The position numbers and the translations under genes were made by a program. A stretch of DNA of 63,665 nt, counting the filler, from Hausera hauseri (lineage: Eukaryota), in assembly GCA_046269625.1 (NCBI GenBank). It is 10 parts of 10 records of this genome, joined end to end, with 100 filler letters (N's around TTAATTAATTAA, not from the genome) between each part and the next. Parts side by side here need not be neighbours in the genome. Positions count along the whole stretch, not along the records: positions 34,590 to 38,621 come from JBJURY010806532.1; positions 38,722 to 44,224 come from JBJURY010240627.1; positions 44,325 to 49,447 come from JBJURY010328493.1; 7 more parts are not named here. The stretch is one strand, 5' to 3'. This document shows positions 34,590-46,019 of the stretch, piece after piece. The stretch's first letter is position 1, and each line of letters opens with the position of its first letter. A model generated the notes under the pieces. That model saw nothing but the letters and a program-made list of their open reading frames with translations. It was not told where the DNA came from and did no database searches.

Positions 34590-37500
34590 CCCTCTCATGG
34601 GAATTATTGGAGAAACCAGTTCTGGGTTGGCATATATAAAGGACAATTTTGTCCTCATGATTTCGGTATCTAATTTACAGTCATTCATTATCATTTTGTG
34701 ATATAATTCCATTATTCCAACTTGTCCTTTGTAGTAGAATTAATTGTCTTTGTTTTTCAAATAATCCTCAATCCGGACATCCTGCGTTTCTAGCTGGTAA
34801 GTCTTCACATTTATTTCCGTTTCTGCGACGAAAAATGCCTCATAATTAGTGGCGAACATCACTACATCGCAACGAAAGATCATTTCTTTTTTAATAAATT
34901 TCAGTCCATGCTGATCCAAGATTAATATAGTAGATATAAGGTGTTCCGATACGTCCTCGCGTGTGCTTGAGTTGGTATCGGATTTATCTACATATCGCTT
35001 TCCGGTAGTTTCATTAAACCTTAATTCCTTGATTTTGATAAAATTACAAAAAAACTTCTTCCGGAAGGCGGTTCCCAGATTATAACCGAACTTCTAAAAG
35101 CACAGGTTCCGTCTTCTAAATAATATTTTTGATTTTCAGTGTAACTTAGTGACGCTATGGAACATTACTCTTGTGATCGCATCTCCAATTCATAGAAATC
35201 CACCACTACCACATTTGCTTGTAATCCTTTTCCGGTATCATATTCTGCGCCGTAACAATGTACACTGTACATATCTAACCTTCCGGCTACTACCTTGTAC
35301 GCCCTGATTATCTTTCCCGGTTGTATTTCTAATTCCATACTATCCCATTGTACTCTTCCGGTCTCCTTAGCCTGTTTGCAGTGCTGGCGTTCTAAGTTCA
35401 TAGGGATAATCGGAGTTGTCGGTTTAATTATTGAGGAATGCCCGCGTACTAATATACAATGGAAAATACTATGAGATCGTCTCAACATACATTCCATTCC
35501 ATCTAACTATATCAGTTCTTGTTGTTGGTACAGGAAATAATTTTTTTCTATTGTTTCCAACTTGTGCGGTCTAGCATTTTCGCACACGTCTAGATCCATT
35601 GGGGAATATCTCTGTTCTAGTTTAAACTTATCGCAGTCGTAGACGGTAACAGCGCTTATATATTTTATTAGCATCATCAAAGTGAGTAGGCTGATTAACC
35701 AATTTGATTCATTTTTCCGATAACCAACATCCTCTGTTGTTAAAATACGTAACATATCATCGAGTTTATTGCTGATCCGTCTGTCGTCTTCCTTGTCAAA
35801 CAGTTTTGACCAATTTACTTCGCAGGGCAATATTTCTGCTGCTTTTCGTGCTAATCTTATAACTCTATTGATTTCATTCTCTAGATTAGGGTTTATTTTG
35901 ACAGCTAAGTATAGTAATACTTTTCTCAATTCCTAGTTGGTGTTTTCTACCATGACCTTTTCGATTACCGATTCATCGGCTAAGTTACTTTTCGATAACT
36001 TAAAACGTGAACTTCGCATCATTCTGGCTTCATCGAATATTATCTTTTCTTTATCATATAATACATCACCTCGAAGGTTCGAATAATTTACAATTCGTAT
36101 TAAATTCTTTATTAACTCATTTAATTCCTCATTGTTTGTACTGAGAGTCGGAATCGACAACGGCCTCAGTTCTCTAATCAATTCTCCATTATAGGCCACC
36201 TCTTCTCGCGTTTTCTTGGGCCTACCAATTGGGCGTTTCGGCCTTGGGCCCTTAGCGGTTAGGTCACTCAGTAGTACTAAATTTATATCGTATTGTTCCT
36301 TGTTTTCACCAGTTTGTAAATATTCGAAATACATTGCAGCATCTCGGACTCCCATAATCTGTCCCACGCATTGCTATGACCTTGCATTACGTGTGGCTTC
36401 CTCTTTTGTCTGCTTATTAGCTATGGTTGCTACTATTCGACTTGTTTCGTCGGGAATAATCCCGACATCTATTAATTGTTCTAGGTCGTCGAGTATTCTA
36501 CCTCTAAAGTAAAATCTATAATTTAACTCGTTTCTTCCGCCGTTATTTAATAACCAGTCTCTTACGTCCCTCAGATAGGAATATGTAGTTAATTCACATT
36601 CTTTGTCATCCATCCACTCGTACGATATCATTACTTTCATTGTTACCTGAGGTTTAGCCCTCAAGATTTTAGCGTATTCTCTTATCAAAAGTTTCTGCAC
36701 CATGCTATAAATCGTATTCTTACTAGATAATTTAGTTAATGTCGGAATAAGTTGTCTTAACTTATTTTCGGTAATGTTTCCGTTAATTAGTTCGATTAAA
36801 TCCCTTTCATTTAGCGCTGAATCCAGGAACATCTCCACGTTGAATCTCCCACTCTGCGGACGTGTCTCTACTTCATTTAGTTGTACCGGAGTCGTGGGTT
36901 TTTCGGCAATCATCGCATCTAAATAAGCATCCCATTCCGGTTTGTTTTCAACGTCTAGAACTCTATAGTCCGCTAAGGCTATATTTGTTCTATGTACATT
37001 TCCTCGGATTTCTTCCTATCTTGGTTGTATTTCCTTCATCTGTGTAGTTCGGAATCCTACTGCGTTTCCACAAGCATACTGAATCATTTTCAGTAATTTG
37101 CCTAATTCATTAGAATTGATAAGTCCTTTTTGGTGATAATCTGTTAGTTCAACAATTACATCTCTTTGCCATATTTGTACGAATTCTCGCTTGTTTTTGA
37201 TTTCTGATTCGGTAAAAGCATATTTGTTCCGGTAGATTCCGAGCTCTTTTACTAATTTATCTAACCTTGTTGCTTATTGTTGGGTTTTAATACAGGTTTC
37301 TTCAACCTGTCTTATTTTAGGCATCAATTGTTTCATCTTATCATCATTAATCTTTGCCATTTCTACTAGTAGGAAGGCAAATTCATACATCTCATTTATA
37401 ATTTTTGAGTCAGGATCTATTGCGTCAAGCAATTTCTTTACAAACTTAGATTCCTGAAAACTAAGATGTTGGTCATCTTTTATCTTTTTTAACTCGGAAT

Positions 37501-38621
37501 GAAAATTCTGATCTGATCCGGCCTTTTATTCTTGTGGTTTGTGCAAGAATTTTATTGCGTCCGTTAAAGTGACTCGATATTCCGGACAAATGTCTCGGGT
37601 TTCAATATCTTGCACAGAGATCTTATCGATAGGTCTATCTGCTAAATGCTGAATTCCTTCTAGTCTGACATTTCTTAATGTTGGGTAAAAATTACAAGTC
37701 ATATTTCGCTTTTCTGTAAAATTCCTCTCTTCGACCATTTTATAGGTCTCTTCCAGTATCGTCGCTTCTTGTTTCTTATTCATAAAATTTAGCCGTCGTA
37801 ATGCTTTAAATTGAATTCGGACATTTATTTCTGCCTTTATTGTGTCCAAATTACGTGCGCTTTCTTCAAACTGTTTCTTTATAGAAGGCTTGCTCTCTGA
37901 AAATTTTTTCTTACGGTTTTCCACTAATTTACTTAGTCGCGTTACTAATTTGGACCATTGCGACAATTGATTGGCGATTATTGGCTTTGCCATTATAGCC
38001 TTATCTAGCATCTTATATGCATATTTTAACTCATCATCTGGACCTTTTACGAAGTTTATAATCAGACTGACATAACTAAATTCGTCCTTATATTCGTCGA
38101 ATTCTATGATGCAAGCTTTTATTATATATTTGGTTTCTTCATTATTCATGAACATGATTCAATTTTGTAAACTACTAATCTGCTATCTTTTTTCATTCTC
38201 CATTTTAATGCGACTCTAAGTCCGCGCATCGTCTAGGTTCGGCAAAGGCAATTTTTATCATTTCCATTAATGGAGCAATATATACTGAGTCTATACCCAA
38301 TATTTCTATATCGACATCACTTCGACTACTAAAAGGTTTTTCTCTAAGTCGATTAATTATTGCAAAACGAATTTCATCCATCATACGTTCTAAATTTCGG
38401 ACAACTCTCTTTAGTTTTGGATTTGCTTCTATGGTAGACAATAGCTTCTGAACCTTAGCGACTTTTACGTCGACATTATCTTCATTTTTGCTTCATCCTT
38501 CCGAAAATTCGACTCCACTTTTAATCCATGATTCTAACTCATGTTTCCATTTTAACAATGTTTCAGGTGATACCTCTTCAGGTTGTCCTAAGTCGATTGC
38601 TTCATCAAGCTTTCCTTCACT
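34590..38621 (-). pseudogene. Decayed relative of the gag-env element: helical region, UBL, AT-hook, leader, chuvirus/gB-like glycoprotein
   Basis: YRFYFRGRILDDLEQLIDVGI (UBL); RPIGRPKK; LRKVLLYLAVKI and WSKLFD (leader); signal followed by VTVYDCDK...YSPMDLDVC; MIMNDC...ANPELVSPIIP. Multiple in-frame stops. Confidence 0.8.
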
Positions 38622-38721
38622 NNNNNNNNNNNNNNNNNNNNNNNNNNNNNNNNNNNNNNNNNNNNTTAATTAATTAANNNNNNNNNNNNNNNNNNNNNNN
38701 NNNNNNNNNNNNNNNNNNNNN

Positions 38722-41700
38722 GCAGTGGTTGAAGCCTCTGTAGTAAGGATGAGTTCCGCATCAGGCTTGGGGAATGCAAGAATGTCGACAGTCTTAATTC
38801 CTTCGCATAGCTTATCAGACTTATCAAACAGGTCAGGAGTCCACTGGATTGGATGAGGTTTTTTGCCGCCGCTTAAGTGAGAAAATGGTGCGGTAAGTCC
38901 AGAGCAGTACGGCACATACTTGTGAACGAAGTGAAAGTTCCCAAAAAGCTCCTCATTTCTGTTGTTGTTCGAGGTAGTTGTATACGTTTGAGAGCTTCAA
39001 CACGTTCTGGCTGAGGATAATGACATTTGCTGAAATGATGTGTCCGAGAAAGTTAATACGCTTTTGGACGAAGTGACATTTCGTAAAATTAATTTGTAAA
39101 TTATGGTGGTTACGTCGTTGAAAAATAGAACGAAGATGTTCCTCATGCTGTTTGGTTGAAGACAAAGCAATCAAAATATCGTCGATATATAGGTGCGCGA
39201 AAGTAAAATCCGAGAGGATGGAATCGATGTGATGTTGGAAAGTCTGCGTAGCGTTGATTAAACCAAAAGGCATATAAATGTATTCGTACATGCCGAAAGG
39301 TGTCGTAACGGCAGTTTTCTCGATGTCCTGGGGTGCTACAGGAATTTGATGATATGCCGTGGCTAAGTCTATGGTTGAATATACTGTAGTGGAATTGAGC
39401 CGTTGCAGGATATCCTTAATTAATGGTAAAGGATATGCATCCATAAGAGTTAAAGTGTTTAGTTGACGGTAATCGCAGCATGATCGGAAGGATCCATCTT
39501 TTTTGGACAAAGTGTAAAGGCGAAGATAACGGCGATTTAGATCTTCGTACAATGCCGGAGCGTTTAAGGTCTAGAAATTCGGTTTCCACAGCTTGCCTAC
39601 GACGAAGTGACAATGGACGTACCTTTTGACAAATAGGTCTTTGGTGTTGCATTATGATGTGATGAGAAGTGCTGTTTGTAGGTTTGAAGATTCGGTCCTT
39701 CTGAACTAAGAGGAGGCATAAAGTGTGTATGTATTGCCGTAGACTTGCAGGTAATTGCGAGAGATTTGGTGATGGTGACGGTATTGAGTCAATATGTGCA
39801 GTGACGTGTGATGTTTGCGAGTTATTGAAATCAATGGGAATTTGATGTGGTATAGTAGTATTAAAAATAGTGTTTGAAGAGGTAATTTTGTCTACTGAAT
39901 GTGGTGAACCAACGCAATCGTAGTTGTCAAAACCAAATCTCGACTGAATATCGATTTTATCATTAAAAAATTTACGAAATAAAAAATGCATGTTGAAGAA
40001 GTTTGGATTACTTACAAGATTTTTGAGTATAGGCTTCCGCAGGAAGATTGTTTGCGCCTTGGCGGATATACTACTTATTCGCTCGGTAAGATATCCATTA
40101 GTGTTACGTTTCAGATATTGTTCTTTGTAATCAACTAAAAGATTATAGTGCAACAAGAAATCCGAACCTAGGATTGCTGTGCGGACGTTAGCGACGGTAA
40201 ACGTCCAATGAAAAGTGGAATGAAATTTTGGTAAGATGTACGACAATTTAGATGTACCTAAAATGTCAAGCGGTTGTCCTGAAGCCGTAAATAAAGATTT
40301 AGCTTTGAATGGTGAATTTTGTACAGAGAAAGTGAGTGGTATCAAAGAAACCGCAGCGCTTGTGTCGATAAGGAAGTCTATGGATTGCGTTGTTGGTGTG
40401 GTTATCGAAGCGTTTAGTGTAAAGACTGCAAAAGAAGTGTGTCGGCAGGTAGTATTAGAGAAGTTGCCTTTGCCAGATTCTGTCGTGAGTACTGGCGGCG
40501 AAATTAGTTTTTTTGGATTAGAGAGATCGACTGACTATTACTAGGGACAATAGAACGTCTGTCGGTAGAATGGTTAGGGTTGTTATTATAGTTGCAGCCT
40601 GAAAGACATTTCTGAGCATGGAATTTAAATTTCGCATGGTAAATGGAAACGATCTTGTCTGAATGTAAATTTGGAGAGTAATACCTACACCATAAACAGC
40701 ATTTATTAGCTTTCTTATAAAATTTGCTATGATAATAGCACACAAAAGATCGTGCAGGCAATGGTGACCTGTTTCTGAAAACAGAACGAATATAATTATA
40801 AATAGGAACACTTCGTTGTGGTAATGAAAGATCGTACAACCTATTATTAATGTTATTTATTGTGTGTTGTAATGCTAAGTTTTCAGCGCGTAATTGGCTC
40901 AACTGTTGCTATATTGTTGTATGGAGTTGACTGTCGCTTGTTGTGACCGCTGCTCATACAATTGGTTGAGAATTCAATTGTAGCACTTTAGGTGCTTTAT
41001 CAGCCAATTCCGCCAATTTATTCAACACCCTAGATTCCTAGACAACGGTAAGAAGTGCCCTAATTTGTACAGGAAACGCGTTTAAGAAATATCTCCGCAG
41101 AAGGTCTGAATTACGCTGCCTAGTTACACCCAGCATTTGTAGGTGAGTCAACGACGTACGCAAGAACTCAGAAGGTTTTGTGTTCCAATGGCGTTGCCGT
41201 TGAAAAACCGATGAATTATGGAGTCCATAGATGGTTTGGTAAGCTTTACAACGGAATTGTATAGATGGGTGTATGAATCAGGTTGTTAAAGTATGTCTAG
41301 CAAGTCATGAATGCACGTGTCTACTGTAGTCGGTAAAAGACAAAGTAGGTTATGGGCTTTGGCTAGAGAATAAGTAATACCATTAGACTGCATCCAAAAT
41401 TTATGAAAGCTAAGCCAGGTTTTGCTGGTGGGACGGAAGGTGTATATGTGGTGAAAGTAAATGGTGTGGTGACGGTCGAATTGTGGTGAAAAACAAAATG
41501 TGATGGTTTAGAGGTAGTTTTGTCAGTGGCATCAATGGTGGGTGAAGAGTCCATGCCACGACGTATGCGCAAATGTACATGGATAACAAGATGTGGGGTT
41601 GAAGGAGAGAAAAATTGTGGATATTGGCATTAACGAGTGGTAGATTATTAAGTTAAATAAGTCTGAAACAGCAGTAAAACGTTGTACATATTTGTGTAAG

Positions 41701-42635
41701 TACAGTGAGTCTATATGGTATGTTATATTGTGCGTCAGTATTTGAGAATTATTTAATAAAAAGTAAAACAAAAGGGTGTCACAGGCCCTATTGGGTGGTG
41801 TGGCGATTGAATGGATTATGGTTTGGGACCCACTGACGAAGGACGGGCGGCCGGGAAGTCGGTCACACTGCCATGCACCAGAAAATATGGGTTGACCGAA
41901 GCTTCACTGGGGGTCCAGTCAGAAAAGTATGTTAATTCGATTGTTCAATCGTGTTTCCATGGCGATCGATACTCAACTGGATATCATCAGTAGGGACGGT
42001 ATTACCGCTGTCCAAAGTAATAGTACGTAAATGGAGGTTAGACATAACAAGGGGTATATCAATATATACTCCGTAAATCATGGTTTCAAAGGAATTCAGA
42101 GGACGTCTATGGAAAATCAGTGTCAAACATAAAACTCTCAGATGAAGATTTAAGTTAAGGGCTGATGAAAATGTTAGTGGATCATGTGAACAATTATAGG
42201 GAATCTCTAAGTAAAGGGACATCAAGTTACAACTACAACTGGAGGCTAAACCTAAAAGGGGTGATGTTGTTATTCCAACGGCGGACATATGAAAAGCAAA
42301 AACATAAGAAAAACAGGGAAGAGAAATCGTTAATAAGTAAATGAAGAAGATTGTTGCCAGATGAATAGTACGCAATAACAAATCTCACCTCATCATGCGC
42401 TGGTTTCTCCGCGGTTGGCAGTATCGTTTTGCATGGTTGGCACTGCAGATCGACTTTCTCACGTCGTGTCGTCCTACGAGCGATCTGCATACTCAAGGAC
42501 TCTGAACAAACCCACCAGTTCTTTCTTGTCTGCTTTGTGCCTTTTGACAAACGTCTGTAATCGATCATCTTACTCGCTCCACTCTGCAGTCTAATACTGA
42601 TAATCTCACTGGTTTACAGCAGTTTTGTTGATGTT
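38722..42635 (-). mobile_element. Decayed Ty3/Gypsy LTR retrotransposon (gag, protease, RT fragments; probable LTR ~41930-42635)
   Basis: FLIDTSA protease; DYRQLN; YPLP; MPFGL; YIDD; gag-like KPSEFLR. Many frameshifts. LTR boundaries uncertain. Confidence 0.8.
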
Positions 42636-42639
42636 GCAG

Positions 42640-43290
42640 CAGCTGCATGCACGGCGGAAAAGAAGTTTTACTCAATGTTGGTATATTATTAGCGGTAATA
42701 TTTTTATTTTTTTCCGTCTGGGAATAATCTTTACCAATGTACTTCTTGTCAGTAGTGGACAAAAAATTCAAACGACTGTCTTCTTCTGCTAGTGACCAAT
42801 TCAGCCGCAAAATGGAGACATTGTGAGACATGTGTTTGCGGAATTCCGTTGCTACAAAACGGACGAGTTCTTTTTCGGTAATATATGCAAATCCTTTATT
42901 CGAATAGACTTTGCGTGATTTAATCGAATCGGTAACCGCTTGAAATTTAACTATGTGTAACACATTGGTTATATTTGAATGTTTAGCTTTGACAACATGA
43001 TCGTTGACAATTTCCATGTCAATTTTGTTATCTCTGAGGAACTATTTAAAGACATCTTTTTTGTGTGTAGAAAAGCAATATTTAAACAAATCAACTTTTT
43101 TGTTAATGAACCAACGACTTAATTCGTCGGTACGAGAATAGGATAGTAACAAAATAATATGGGATTAATGTCATTATGAACATTATGGTGTCCGTTTCAT
43201 TTGCTCCATAAAAACATGGCTGGGAAAATGAATTGAAATTCTTAAATTCATCGTCCCGAACATCGATATGTATAGTTTGTTCATTGAGAA
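42640..43290 (-). pseudogene. PRIM2: DNA primase large subunit fragment, frameshifted and truncated
   Basis: DLFKYCF...FLRDN; RKVYSNKGFAYI; EEDSRL; IGKDYS; LSKTSFPPCMQLL, after which similarity stops. Confidence 0.75.
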
Positions 43291-43668
43291 ATTCCAAAAT
43301 TGTGAACATTTCACCAGGTTTCATGTATGACGAGTCCAAAAGGTATTCAATCATACATCCTGGTAGATCATCAGATACCGCACTACTTTTGCCTGATCTT
43401 CTGAGTATATATGGACTATGTTGTTCAGTTAGCAATCTGATCATCAGATAATCCTATTTGCATGGCTTTCCAAAGATTCAATATTTGATTTAGATTTTGA
43501 GGTGGCTGACCCATTAAAGTTGGCGGCCTTGAAAGCATAACCGACATATATCTAGGAATTTGTGTCATGTGGACATGTTGTTGTGCGAGATACTGCTGAA
43601 ATAATCTTATTAGTGCATCTTGTATGTCGGCTTCTTGGGCATCTTTAGATGAAGGATACTTTTCTTTA

Positions 43669-44190
43669 CTATCTTTGAGTCCGGGTGTGTGTTGGAGTAG
43701 AAGTGGATCGTGTTTTTGCTGTTTCAGACAGTTTTACAGTTGATTTGGAAGTAACATCATTAGCACTACTTTGAGTGACATTAGAAATTGCAGTGAGCCG
43801 TTCTTTGTATTCGAAGATCGTTTCTCTAAATACTGCTGACACCCACATTATAGTATCTGCTTTTACCGACAGCTCGGCATTCTCATGTGATATTTTGTCT
43901 GCGTTTTTTGTTTTGTACACAAAAAAGTGTTCAGGTGCATTAAAAGCACCTCCGACAAGTTTAAATTCTAAGCGGATTCCGCCTTTTAATGTCTCAGATG
44001 ATAAATTATAAGTGAATGATTCATAGGCTGCATAGCGAATTTGACATGTCTGTTGGTAAGAACGTGTCGTTCCATATTGCTGCTTTATTGTTGGATCAGA
44101 TATAGTTTCAGTAATTACATATCCCAATATAAAAATCAAAGCTAAACACGAATGGTCAGGAAGTTTAATCTCAAAGACATTCTTGGCCAA
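43669..44190 (-). CDS. Hypothetical secreted or membrane protein fragment
   Basis: Hydrophobic LALIFILGYVI near the N-terminus and a S/T-rich C-terminus. Confidence 0.3.
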   Translation of the reverse strand: MAKNVFEIKLPDHSCLALIFILGYVITETISDPTIKQQYGTTRSYQQTCQIRYAAYESFTYNLSSETLKGGIRLEFKLVGGAFNAPEHFFVYKTKNADKISHENAELSVKADTIMWVSAVFRETIFEYKERLTAISNVTQSSANDVTSKSTVKLSETAKTRSTSTPTHTRTQR

Positions 44191-45044
44191 CAGAGTGCTG
44201 TTTTCGTCAGTATTTTTACTTGAANNNNNNNNNNNNNNNNNNNNNNNNNNNNNNNNNNNNNNNNNNNNTTAATTAATTAANNNNNNNNNNNNNNNNNNNN
44301 NNNNNNNNNNNNNNNNNNNNNNNNTAATACAACTTAATAAATCATTCCAATTCTGCTTAATACTAAAATATATTAATATGATACAACAAATACTTTGATG
44401 CAGTAAACACAAATTTCCTAAACTAAATCTAATGTGAGTTTTGTTTCAAATTGATTTAAATCACCTTGCGCCCATTGGAAAATTTAATTTTCAGAAAATT
44501 TAAAATTACGAACTTCCCAATTTGTTACAAGGCAAATTTACAACACCATAATAATTCTAAAATTAAAATCCGTTTTTAATTTTATTTTTCAGGCGGGGAG
44601 CATTGTAAGGTTCCACCTTACAACAAAATTGAATCATTTAAAAATTTCTAACAACAAAATATTAAAATTCATAAAAATAAATTTCTTAAACTTAAAAATC
44701 GCAAATTTAAATAATAATTCAAAAAATTAAATTTCCCGACACATAACAAAATCCCCAACAAGATCACATCGACTTAATATACAAATTTTAAAAAAAGCAC
44801 AATACAAAATCACGGGTTCGCCCAACATAAAAAACTAACACCAACAAAAACACATACAAATATATCAAAATAAAATCTCAAAATTTAAAATTCCTAAAAC
44901 ATAAAATCGGGATTACAAGTGCTGAAGTGACCAGCACTTGTAACAACCTCAAAATTAATCAACAATCAAGATCTGTGGATTTAATCTTTTGTTTAAATCC
45001 ACAGTTCAAAGATTGACAGTTATATTTCAAAAACAAAAAATCGA

Positions 45045-46019
45045 ATGACAAACAAGATGCCAGAAAGCCAAAAAAGAAATCCACAGATCAAGGATCGCAA
45101 AGAGGAAACATCAAAACCAATCAACAGGCCAGTACAAACAAATATCCCAAAAACGTCCAAACCGGGCGAACCGATCGCCAGAAACGATGCCAGGACCATC
45201 CCGACCGACACATCAAAACGGTCAAACACAACCCTCGATGACAAACAAACCGTACCGACTTCGGGGTATCGTATCCCAAAGATACCCCGACAAATACATG
45301 CCAAGGCGGACAATAGTGCCGACAGTCGCACCACCCAACAGGGCCATGATCGACCGGATGAACAACGACACCCCACCGAACGGTACGCCGCCTCCAGCGG
45401 AAAACGCCGTCGCGACACACACCGACGAGCCCCGTACCGGTCCTATTCGGATTTTCTGACGGTACGGGAACTCCTGCAAAGGAGTCGCTTCGTCAGACAT
45501 TTGGTCGGGCTGGAGAGAGACGACCCATACTCTCTCCCAGCGAGCTCGCTCCATCAGTTCTACCAGGAGGGGAACGACCGTCGTCTTTTTGATTCAGCGG
45601 TGTTCCTTCCGGTATTCCTACGACTGATGGCAGCTGCCGACCAACTCTACGAGTCGCTGGTGCCCTCGGAGAGTCGACTGATCCCAGACCGTCGAGATAC
45701 TCACGGACGGAAACCCATGGCCAGGACTCACTGTCCACGCGATGGTCCCACGTCACCCCGTCGTCGTCGGTTGGAGCCGGAAAGATCGGAACCGGCATCA
45801 ACGGACTCAGGTTCAGGTGACATTACAATATGTCCGCGCCGGAATACGAGGGTTAACGTGACCCTTTCCTCAACCGAGGATTCATACGCCTCGGCGGACA
45901 ACTCACGAGAATGTTCTTGTATGCCGATTATACTTCGTCGATGTTGTGTCTTCATACTCTCAATATCTGACTTCTTCGACATACTGAACATTTTTATGGG
46001 AATTTCTATAGTAATCTGA
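45045..46019 (+). CDS. Hypothetical basic, low-complexity protein in a GC-rich island, probably element-derived
   Basis: 324 aa ORF with a disordered R/P/T-rich N-half and an amphipathic helical core (FLTVRELLQRSRFVRHL...FLPVFLRLMAAADQLYESL). Confidence 0.35.
   Translation: MTNKMPESQKRNPQIKDRKEETSKPINRPVQTNIPKTSKPGEPIARNDARTIPTDTSKRSNTTLDDKQTVPTSGYRIPKIPRQIHAKADNSADSRTTQQGHDRPDEQRHPTERYAASSGKRRRDTHRRAPYRSYSDFLTVRELLQRSRFVRHLVGLERDDPYSLPASSLHQFYQEGNDRRLFDSAVFLPVFLRLMAAADQLYESLVPSESRLIPDRRDTHGRKPMARTHCPRDGPTSPRRRRLEPERSEPASTDSGSGDITICPRRNTRVNVTLSSTEDSYASADNSRECSCMPIILRRCCVFILSISDFFDILNIFMGISIVI

Noticed and set aside
34590-36913. TAG reassignment (variant genetic code), suggested by three in-frame TAGs here and one in PRP38
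   Set aside because: The same remnant also has an in-frame TAA (~34740) and frameshifts, and the long intact ORFs contain no internal TAG. Ordinary decay is the simpler explanation.
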